IMG/VR virus record: IMGVR_UViG_2974789816_000001
DNA from: a virus
Taxonomy: Duplodnaviria > Heunggongvirae > Uroviricota > Caudoviricetes > Crassvirales
Reading direction: 5' to 3' (one strand)
Length of the DNA stretch: 64,000 nucleotides
Both the position numbers and the translations under genes were made by a program. The notes beneath the pieces are model-generated. The model was not told the DNA's origin. It worked only from the letters and a program-made list of their open reading frames with translations, and searched no databases. Numbering within the stretch: the stretch's first letter is position 1; each line of letters starts with the position of its first letter. Below are positions 1 to 8,184 of the stretch, in pieces.

Positions 1-651
1 TTCTACAAGACTCTTGCTCAATCTATTGCTAAGAACTTTAGCAGGGAAATAGTTCCCTTGATTAAGATTGAGGTACATAGTGCTGCAACCAAGAGCAAGG
101 GAGGATTTGATGCAAATGGTTATATGACAGTAACTCCTTCTACTAAGGATAATGGCAAGAGTGATAGTACTAACCCATACTATGATGGTACTTTAGCAAT
201 TGTAGCTGACATTGACAGCATCAGAATTACTGAGGTAGAACAGCCTTGGAGATTAGGTGTTATGTCTCAGACACCAGTATATTTCACTGTACAGCTAGTT
301 GAAATAATTGTAGATGGAGATGAGAGAATTTGGGGCACTGTAGAGATGGGTACCAATGGTACAATAGGTAATGGTAAGGTTATTGCAGACTTAGAGTACT
401 TCTGTATGGGTGAAAGAGGAGACATCTACAGAGGCATTGGCTGGCCTAACAACATTCCTACCACTTATCTGATAGACCCAAGCAAGACATATAATGTGCT
501 TGATATACACTATGCCTATGTAGGCAGCAATGAGTCAGTACAAAAGTCTGAAAAGACAATAACTATTGCTTGTGCAGATAAAGCAGTTCTCAATCAGATA
601 ATCAATGCAGTGGAAACTGCTACAGGACTTACTATTGCAGACATCTCCTAA
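1..651 (+). CDS. 5'-truncated CDS continuing from upstream of the window (listed ORF starts at TTG 58, but frame 1 is open from nt 1). Hypothetical protein of the virion-structural block.
   Basis: Uninterrupted reading frame from position 1. Followed by a strong hairpin plus T-run terminator. Same strand and packing as the downstream structural genes. Confidence 0.45.
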   Translation, partial: FYKTLAQSIAKNFSREIVPLIKIEVHSAATKSKGGFDANGYMTVTPSTKDNGKSDSTNPYYDGTLAIVADIDSIRITEVEQPWRLGVMSQTPVYFTVQLVEIIVDGDERIWGTVEMGTNGTIGNGKVIADLEYFCMGERGDIYRGIGWPNNIPTTYLIDPSKTYNVLDIHYAYVGSNESVQKSEKTITIACADKAVLNQIINAVETATGLTIADIS

Positions 652-666
652 AAGCGAGATACAAAT

Positions 667-696
667 AAGGAGACTTTTATAGTCTCCTTTTTTTTA
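667..696 (+). terminator. Intrinsic terminator: 9-bp perfect stem aaggagact/agtctcctt, loop tttat, then a T7 run.
   Basis: Read directly: aaggagacttttatagtctccttttttttat immediately after the stop at 651. Confidence 0.7.
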
Positions 697-706
697 TTTA
701 CCTAAT

Positions 707-1288
707 TTGTGTAATATGATAAGATTTGCTACATTAAAAGCCTCAGGAGAATGCAGGCAGTTGGTAATTGATGCTTCTATAGAAGCATACTCCTTCTATG
801 ATGATGTCTATATTGACTCAGTAGTCATAGATACTCAGGATACCTTCATGACCTCTGGGCCATCATCAAGCAGTGTATATACAAAAAGCATTGATGGTAA
901 TTCCAAGCATGTGACATTAATCCTAGACAAGACAGATTTCAATGCAGCAGTAGATTTTGGTAAGGACTTATTCTTTGTCTATATTACTGTCAAAGGTACA
1001 ATGGCACCTGATACTCCATGTGGATATGACAGATATTATGATTTAGGAATAGCTGTCAATATGCATAACCTTTATAAGTCACTGATGGGTGGCATCAGAC
1101 AGGTAGAGGAGACTTGCAATATTCCCAAGCAGCTTATAGACAAATACCTTCAACTGAAGGCTTTTACTACTTCCTTAAAGACAGGGAACTATACTTTGGC
1201 AATAAAGTATTGGAACAAGTTCTTTAGGAACTGTGTGATAACAGATGATACAAGTACTAAATGTGAATGTTCATTATGGATAACTTAA
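707..1288 (+). CDS. hypothetical protein
   Basis: 193-aa ORF, no recognisable motif, same strand as the structural block. Confidence 0.4.
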   Translation: MCNMIRFATLKASGECRQLVIDASIEAYSFYDDVYIDSVVIDTQDTFMTSGPSSSSVYTKSIDGNSKHVTLILDKTDFNAAVDFGKDLFFVYITVKGTMAPDTPCGYDRYYDLGIAVNMHNLYKSLMGGIRQVEETCNIPKQLIDKYLQLKAFTTSLKTGNYTLAIKYWNKFFRNCVITDDTSTKCECSLWIT

Positions 1289-1614
1289 GTAATGTATTGG
1301 AAAGGGCATTAACTACATACTTCAATATACTTTCAAGTACAGGATATGTATGTTATAATGATGTCAATAAGTTACTGCTTTTGTCCTTGATAGAAGAGCT
1401 TACTAGTGGCCCAATGTCTGCCTTTATAGATGATAAGGACTACAATAGCATGAATAATGCCCTATATTGTATATTTGGTACTTCATGCCTGATACCATAT
1501 CCTCCTACTGAGGAAATCTCTGCTGTGTATGGTGAAGAGGGATCTATCAGAATATCTGAGGATGACATGATAAGATTCACACAAGATAACAAACTTAGAA
1601 CTCCTACTATATAA
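1267..1614 (+). CDS. hypothetical protein
   Basis: 115-aa ORF overlapping the previous stop by 22 nt. Confidence 0.3.
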   Translation: MFIMDNLSNVLERALTTYFNILSSTGYVCYNDVNKLLLLSLIEELTSGPMSAFIDDKDYNSMNNALYCIFGTSCLIPYPPTEEISAVYGEEGSIRISEDDMIRFTQDNKLRTPTI

Positions 1615-1725
1615 GTTATATATTTGCTTACTGCAAAAGATTCAATTAAAACTATTGCAATATTGATTATAAATATCTATATTTGCAATAGTTTTTTATT
1701 TATTAATAAGCATGCATATATAGTT

Positions 1726-2400
1726 ATGACATACAGAGAATTAGTTTATTTATGTCTGGATGAGGTAAAGAGTATATCAGATGACTCTACTTTCAATGAG
1801 AATCATATTATACTTTTGGCAGATAAGTATAGGGCATTCCTTATAAAGCAAAGATATTCTGATGTTAAGAAGCATATACCTGAAAGCAACTATCAGACTA
1901 TATGTCTGGATTTGACCAAATCAGTATCTCCTTCTGATTCATGTGGCAGAACCTATCTTATGAGTAAGGAAGAGGTACCTAATATATTAAGTGTCAGTAA
2001 TACCAGAGTATATCCTATTGATTTCTATCAGGATAGTATAACCTTCATAAGCAGGGATAGGATGAGATATGTAGGATATGACAAATATCTACAGAACATA
2101 ATATATTGCTCCCTTGCTCCGGATAACCACTTGTATTTAATCTCTATGAATCCCCAATTCCTTTACCTCTCCAAGATAAAGGTAACTGCTATATTTGAAG
2201 ATGCCAGCATAGCCTCTGAATTGGAATGTGGAGACAATAAGGAGTGTGATGTGCTTGATAGGAAATTTCCTATTGAGGAGAGCCTTGTTACTCCTCTTGT
2301 AAGTCTTATAGTAGGAGAAGTACTGGGTGCTAAATACAGACCTGATGATAATAAGAACAATGCTAAGGATGATTCATCTGATGTTTCAGTAAAGCAGTAA
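1726..2400 (+). CDS. Hypothetical protein. Start moved to the internal Met (MTYRELVY...); the first 34 codons of the listed ORF are A/T-rich intergenic-looking sequence.
   Basis: ORF 1624..2400. The N-terminal 34 residues are low-complexity I/N/F/Y-rich. Confidence 0.4.
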   Translation: MTYRELVYLCLDEVKSISDDSTFNENHIILLADKYRAFLIKQRYSDVKKHIPESNYQTICLDLTKSVSPSDSCGRTYLMSKEEVPNILSVSNTRVYPIDFYQDSITFISRDRMRYVGYDKYLQNIIYCSLAPDNHLYLISMNPQFLYLSKIKVTAIFEDASIASELECGDNKECDVLDRKFPIEESLVTPLVSLIVGEVLGAKYRPDDNKNNAKDDSSDVSVKQ

Positions 2401-2403
2401 CCT

Positions 2404-2958
2404 ATGAGTGATTGTCAAGAAGAGTATAAGAAATGGAAGGAGTTTAGGACATCAGTGTGCCACTTGAATGAACATAGAACACATAAGGTGTCAGGTTCCT
2501 TGGGTGTATATGATGCCTATAAGTATATAAGGAAAAACAAGTGGTTTGACATAGGCAGGCCATTGACTGAGCATGAGTTTTACAGCATTATAAGAAGAGT
2601 CAACAACTATCTGGCTGAAGAGCTGCTTAAAGGACATGATATTAGTCTTCCTCATAGGATGGGAAGACTGGAGCTGAGAAAATATGATGCCAAAATCTAC
2701 CTTAAAGATAATAAGGTTGTCACCAACTTGCCAATAGATTGGGATAAGACATTAAGGTTATGGTATGAAGACAAGGAATCTTATGATAATAGGACTTTAG
2801 TTAGAATGGAGGAGAAAGAGGTATTTAAAATCCATTATAATAGAAGTAAGGCAGACTATAATAACCAAACCTTTTATGAGTTCAATCCCAATAGAGAATT
2901 AAGGAAAGAATTGAAGAAGAGGATAAAAGATGGCAAGATTGATGCCTTCAAGTGTTAA
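2404..2958 (+). CDS. hypothetical protein
   Basis: 184-aa ORF, tightly packed, no motif recognised. Confidence 0.4.
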   Translation: MSDCQEEYKKWKEFRTSVCHLNEHRTHKVSGSLGVYDAYKYIRKNKWFDIGRPLTEHEFYSIIRRVNNYLAEELLKGHDISLPHRMGRLELRKYDAKIYLKDNKVVTNLPIDWDKTLRLWYEDKESYDNRTLVRMEEKEVFKIHYNRSKADYNNQTFYEFNPNRELRKELKKRIKDGKIDAFKC

Positions 2959-2994
2959 ACTAAAGGATTGTAGAAATTTAATTGAGATGGATAA

Positions 2995-3702
2995 ATGATT
3001 AATAATATTCAATATACTAACATCAGACAGATACTGGATAGACTGAAAAGGCATCCTCTATTGCAGAACCTTACACTTGAACAAGTGATATCCCACCTAG
3101 TTACATTTATTGGGATATTTGGAATGCCAGAGTTATATTTAAATAAGGAGAGTGTACTGCATATAGAAGAGTTTAGGGCCATATTACCCTGTGACCTTGT
3201 ATCCATAAATCAGGTGAAGGAGTGTAAGACTGGGATATGTTTAAGGAGTATGACAGATAATTTCATGCCTAGAGAACATCGTGATAAGTATGAAGGACAT
3301 AAAAGACCACAAGAGTTTGCCTTTAAGACACAAGGCAGAGTAATATATACTTCCTTCAAGTCAGGAGATATAATGGTCTCATATAAGTCTGTTCCAATAG
3401 ATGAGGATGGGTTTCCATTGCTCATAGACAATCCTATGTTTATGAGAACACTTGAGCTATATATTAAGATGGAAGAGTTCACTACTTTGTTTGATATGGG
3501 AAAGATTTCTCCTGCTGTATTACAGAACACCCAACAACAATATGCTTGGTCAGCAGGACAATTACAGAGTGAATTTACTATACCATCACAATCTGAAATG
3601 GAATCAATAAGCAGAATGTGGAATACTCTTATTCAAAGGACAAGTGAGTTTGATAATGGATTCTCTTCTCTTGGCAATAAAGAGTATATAAAATTGCAAT
3701 AG
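2995..3702 (+). CDS. hypothetical protein
   Basis: 235-aa ORF. Its stop abuts the start of the 1453-aa gene (3702/3704). Confidence 0.4.
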   Translation: MINNIQYTNIRQILDRLKRHPLLQNLTLEQVISHLVTFIGIFGMPELYLNKESVLHIEEFRAILPCDLVSINQVKECKTGICLRSMTDNFMPREHRDKYEGHKRPQEFAFKTQGRVIYTSFKSGDIMVSYKSVPIDEDGFPLLIDNPMFMRTLELYIKMEEFTTLFDMGKISPAVLQNTQQQYAWSAGQLQSEFTIPSQSEMESISRMWNTLIQRTSEFDNGFSSLGNKEYIKLQ

Positions 3703-3703
3703 T

Positions 3704-6700
3704 ATGATAAAGAAATCTACATGGCAGATAAAGGGTATGCAGAGGGACTTGTCTGTAAGCAAATTCTCTTCTGAGTATGCTTATGAGAACAAGAATATAA
3801 GGATAATGTCTACTGATGATAATACCCTGCTCAGCATAGTAAATGAGAAGGGCACTAAAGAGGTATCAAACATAGAAGGTATAGACTCTATAAAGGGATT
3901 ACCTATAGGACAAGCTACAATTAATGGTTATCTAGTACTGTTCACTACAGACCAAGACAATGGAAAAGATTACATATATAAGATATGGTTTGACAAGGAC
4001 AGCTTGCATGGAGTAATATTATATGATAGTAACAAAGGCAATCTTAACTTTAATCCTCTCTATCCTATAGAGACATTGTCATTCTATGAAGATGATAACA
4101 TACAGAAAGTATATTGGACTGATGGATTAAACCAGCCCAGAGTTATCAATATTACTTCTATAGAAGATTACACACCCAATTCTTTTGACTTTGTTATGAG
4201 TTTGAATCCCGGTTCAACTGTTAACATAACCAATATAGAAAAAGGGTATAGTGGGATATTCCCGTCAGGGGTAATACAATATTGTGTTACAGTCTATACC
4301 AAGAATGCTCAGGAGTCCAATATACTGGCTATATCTCCTCTATATTACATAACAAAGTATGATAATGGAGGTAGTCCTGAGGATTCTTTATCTGTGAGTT
4401 TTAATGTAACAGTGTCTGTTAAAGATGTTGCATGTGAGTATGTCAGATTATATTCAATACTGAGAACTACACAAGATTCAACTCCCATTGTCAAAAGAGT
4501 TCAAGATATAAAGTTATCTTCCTCTACTCAAACAATCAGTTTTACAGATACTGGTAATATTGGAGAGAGTATTGACCCTACTGAATTATTATACTTGGGA
4601 GGAGAAGACATATCTTGTGGTACAATGTGCCAAAAGGACAATACATTATTCTTAGGAAATATCAATGTTAATAGAATTGAGCCTGATAGCTCTATTAGAG
4701 AGTACTTCAGAGGATTAAATGTAAACCTCAATACAGTTACCACAATTAATTTGGGAACACCTTCTGGATATTATCAACATGAGTTTCAGTTGAATAACAA
4801 CTCTAGCACTATTAAGATATTTAAATATTTGGAGTGGTACAGATTTGGCATACAGTTTAAGCATAAGTCAGGCAGGTGGTCTTCTCCAGTATTCATAAAA
4901 GACGCTCAGATTACCAAAACACCCGGTACTAATGACTTATATGGTAGTTTTGGTGTTTCAAATCTGGTATTCTATAAGTGCATACCTGAGGTATCATTCA
5001 ATGATGATACCATAATTGGTAAACTAAAGGATTTAGGATATATTGGATTCAGACCTATAATAGTATATCCCTCTATAGGGGATAGAGAAGTAATATGCCA
5101 AGGAGTTTTATGTCCCACTGTTTATAATGTTGGTGACAGATTCAGTAATTCCCCATTTGTACAGTCTTCTTGGTTCTCAAGACCCAACATTCCCTTTGAT
5201 GTGATGAGGTCAGAGTCTGGGGATGCAGGCTTGCCAGATGTGTCACCTATATTTGATGTTCCTGAAAAGGCATTATATAGTGACCAAACCTTGTCAAGAT
5301 ATGGTATAATAAATAATGATAAGCAGTTTTATTCTCCTAATGAGTCGGTTAATATAAATATTTCCTTGATTGATACAGGTACTTGGGCTGAGTGTAGGCA
5401 TAGTAGTCCTATACCAGGAAACACTCATAGGAATGCGGAGATACAGAATATATCCTACCCTCCTGCCACTCCACGCCTTGCAGGAGGAAACCATTTGCTG
5501 ACAGATTTTAGTGAATATGTGGAGAAGCATAAACATGAGTTTTTTGTAGACCAATCAATAGTTACTCTTCATTCCCCAGATATTGAATTTAACAGTGAAG
5601 TTGAGAATTATGATATTTCCAAGTGTAAGCTGAGGATAATAGGTGCAACTTTGGTAACTGCCAGTGTAGGGGATATTGACATTGTAACTTCTACCACAGG
5701 AACTACCATGGTTGGTGCAGGTGATAAGAAGTTCCCACCAACAGGGTTTTACAAAGAGTCTTGTGGTAGTGTCAACATATCCCCTTGGGCATTCAGAAGC
5801 CAATTGGCTAATATCAACTGGATAGATAATATTCAAAGAGACCTTGGTGATGTTATGCCCTCACAATATAGAAGGATGCAGGTAGGCTTTGCCACATATC
5901 CTTGGCATAGGAGTGGAGGTCTTGATGGTACAGGCTGGGCAGATGAGAATGGATATAGACCTGCCAAGTTACAGTATAAGAGGCTATCCAATTTGAAATT
6001 CTCTGCCACTAACCTGTACCTTAGCAGTACTAGTACATGGAATTCAGGGGAACTTGCAGATGCACAGATTTTTAATTCAAACGAGGTTACTCCACTCAAA
6101 TTGAAGGCTCAGGAGCATTCTGGAAAAGGTACTTTAGTGTACTATGGAAATGTGGATAAGATTACTTCAAATACTGAATATTCAGGTAGTGATTATTACC
6201 AGATTGTAACATCTTCCACCTATAATCAGAATGATACCTCATATACTAACCACGACATATATGTTGGTGACTTTACACCTACCATACCTTTCACTGATAA
6301 CTCAATAAATAAGGCATATGACCCTGTACACATAAAGTACAAGTCTACCCCTCATGCTGTTATTGTACTTGAAGACAAGTACAACTTGGGTAAGTACTCA
6401 TATAAGGTTTTGCCTACTATCATAGATGGTAATGATTATGGAGAGCCTACATCTAGTAGTTGGCCTGTAAACCGTGTTGCAATAACTCATGATGGTGCCC
6501 CTAACTTCTGGGATACTTTGGAAGTATACAACTCTGTGTCTCAGGATGTTATAGGAGACTTTGTAGGTACTGGTCCTAATAAGACAGTTAAAAGTATCCA
6601 ATACGGCTGGTGGTGGTTAGCAGAATTATACAGAGATGATGTCACCAATAGGTTTGGAGGAGAGTCTGATGATGCTATACAGAGTAATCAATGGTTACCA

Positions 6701-8065
6701 TGTGGAGAAACTACCTATTTCTATGATGATGACTCCAGCCATACTTATCTTGTAAAGTACTTGGAAGGAGACACATACTTCCAAAGATATGACCATTTAA
6801 AGACTTATCCATTTACTTTGGAAGATGAAAACTCGGTGACTGAGATAATGTCATTTATGTGTGAGACAAGGGTAAATCTAGATGGCAGGTATGACAATAA
6901 TAGAGGCAATACTTCTAATCTATATATAACCCCTGAGAACTTTAACAAGCTAAATCAAGTATACAATCAAAAGGATAACTTCTTTACCTATAAGGTAAGT
7001 ACTGATGATACTTCAGTATTGAACAAATTTCCTAATGTGGTTACTTGGACTAAGACTAAGACTGCTGGAGAACTTATTGATGCTTGGACCAATATCACTC
7101 TTGCATCCACTCTTGATTTTGATGGTGATAAGGGTAGTATAACAGCTCTGAGAATGCATAATAATAATATCCTTGCTTTTCAAGATAAAGGCATTAGTCA
7201 GATATTGTATAATGAGAATGTGCAGATTTCTCCCACTAATGGAGTGCCTATTGAAATTGCCAACAGTGGAAAAGTTACTGGTAAGAGGTACTTATCTGAT
7301 AGTATAGGATGTTCTAATAAGTGGTCTATATGCAGGACACCTAATGGTACCTATTTTATAGATGATATTACCAAAGGTATCTTCCTACTCAACAACCAGT
7401 TGGATAACATCTCTGATAGGCTTGGATTCCATTCATGGATTAACAGTAGGTCAACTGGAATAAATGTATGGAATCCTAAAGACTTTAGTGGATTTGTAAC
7501 ATACTATGATAAGGTAAATGGAGATGTATTCTTCATAAGCAAGGATGAGTGCTTGGCATTTTCAGAACCATTAGGCCAGTTCTCTTCATTCTACAGCTAT
7601 GAGAATGTGCCATATTTCTCCAATATACTAGACAGGGGACTGTGGGTAAAGGATGGGAAGCTATGGCTGCACAATGAAGGTGATTATAATACCTTCTTTA
7701 ACAGTTACCAACCTTTCTATACTACTGTCATATCCAATCCTGATATGACCCAGGATAAGATATTTAATACTCTTGAGTTCAGGGCAGACAGTTGGAACAG
7801 TGAAGGTAAGCTATTGGATACAACCTATGATACTCTTAGTGTTTGGAATGAATACCAAAGTGGTGAATCCAAGCTTACCCATGTACTTGGAAGACCTTCA
7901 AGTCTCAAGAAGAAGTTCAGGATATGGAGGGCTAATATACCAAGGGATAAATCAAACAATAGAGACAGGATGAGAAATCCTTGGTTATATCTTAAGCTAT
8001 CTATGGAATCTGAAAATACAAATAAGACCATATTGCATGATATGGTGGTGCACTACTTTGAATAA
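3704..8065 (+). CDS. Large (1453 aa) virion/tail-associated structural protein. The specific role (tail hub/'muzzle'-type) is only inferred from size and position.
   Basis: Very long ORF with Ser/Thr/Asn/Gly-rich, beta-rich composition. It sits in the structural block and is followed by a strong terminator. Confidence 0.5.
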   Translation: MIKKSTWQIKGMQRDLSVSKFSSEYAYENKNIRIMSTDDNTLLSIVNEKGTKEVSNIEGIDSIKGLPIGQATINGYLVLFTTDQDNGKDYIYKIWFDKDSLHGVILYDSNKGNLNFNPLYPIETLSFYEDDNIQKVYWTDGLNQPRVINITSIEDYTPNSFDFVMSLNPGSTVNITNIEKGYSGIFPSGVIQYCVTVYTKNAQESNILAISPLYYITKYDNGGSPEDSLSVSFNVTVSVKDVACEYVRLYSILRTTQDSTPIVKRVQDIKLSSSTQTISFTDTGNIGESIDPTELLYLGGEDISCGTMCQKDNTLFLGNINVNRIEPDSSIREYFRGLNVNLNTVTTINLGTPSGYYQHEFQLNNNSSTIKIFKYLEWYRFGIQFKHKSGRWSSPVFIKDAQITKTPGTNDLYGSFGVSNLVFYKCIPEVSFNDDTIIGKLKDLGYIGFRPIIVYPSIGDREVICQGVLCPTVYNVGDRFSNSPFVQSSWFSRPNIPFDVMRSESGDAGLPDVSPIFDVPEKALYSDQTLSRYGIINNDKQFYSPNESVNINISLIDTGTWAECRHSSPIPGNTHRNAEIQNISYPPATPRLAGGNHLLTDFSEYVEKHKHEFFVDQSIVTLHSPDIEFNSEVENYDISKCKLRIIGATLVTASVGDIDIVTSTTGTTMVGAGDKKFPPTGFYKESCGSVNISPWAFRSQLANINWIDNIQRDLGDVMPSQYRRMQVGFATYPWHRSGGLDGTGWADENGYRPAKLQYKRLSNLKFSATNLYLSSTSTWNSGELADAQIFNSNEVTPLKLKAQEHSGKGTLVYYGNVDKITSNTEYSGSDYYQIVTSSTYNQNDTSYTNHDIYVGDFTPTIPFTDNSINKAYDPVHIKYKSTPHAVIVLEDKYNLGKYSYKVLPTIIDGNDYGEPTSSSWPVNRVAITHDGAPNFWDTLEVYNSVSQDVIGDFVGTGPNKTVKSIQYGWWWLAELYRDDVTNRFGGESDDAIQSNQWLPCGETTYFYDDDSSHTYLVKYLEGDTYFQRYDHLKTYPFTLEDENSVTEIMSFMCETRVNLDGRYDNNRGNTSNLYITPENFNKLNQVYNQKDNFFTYKVSTDDTSVLNKFPNVVTWTKTKTAGELIDAWTNITLASTLDFDGDKGSITALRMHNNNILAFQDKGISQILYNENVQISPTNGVPIEIANSGKVTGKRYLSDSIGCSNKWSICRTPNGTYFIDDITKGIFLLNNQLDNISDRLGFHSWINSRSTGINVWNPKDFSGFVTYYDKVNGDVFFISKDECLAFSEPLGQFSSFYSYENVPYFSNILDRGLWVKDGKLWLHNEGDYNTFFNSYQPFYTTVISNPDMTQDKIFNTLEFRADSWNSEGKLLDTTYDTLSVWNEYQSGESKLTHVLGRPSSLKKKFRIWRANIPRDKSNNRDRMRNPWLYLKLSMESENTNKTILHDMVVHYFE

Positions 8066-8082
8066 CTTGATGGAGATAGCCT

Positions 8083-8123
8083 AAAGGGAAGGTAAGTAAT
8101 AAACTTATCTTCCCTTTACTTTT
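8083..8123 (+). terminator. Intrinsic terminator: ~15-bp stem (aaagggaaggtaagt / acttatcttcccttt, one G-U), loop aataa, then actttttaaa.
   Basis: Read directly after the stop of the 1453-aa gene. Confidence 0.65.
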
Positions 8124-8158
8124 TAAATAATATTCTTGTATAATTCTGATACTTTACT

Positions 8159-8166
8159 TATCTTTG
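8159..8166 (+). promoter_or_regulatory. Bacteroidota-type -7 promoter element TATCTTTG (consensus TAnnTTTG), ~19 nt upstream of ATG 8185. cttg at ~8135-8138 sits at roughly -33.
   Basis: Motif read in sequence. The Bacteroides sigma-A consensus TAnnTTTG/-33 TTTG is established knowledge. Confidence 0.4.
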
Positions 8167-8184
8167 CAAATAAATTATTATAAC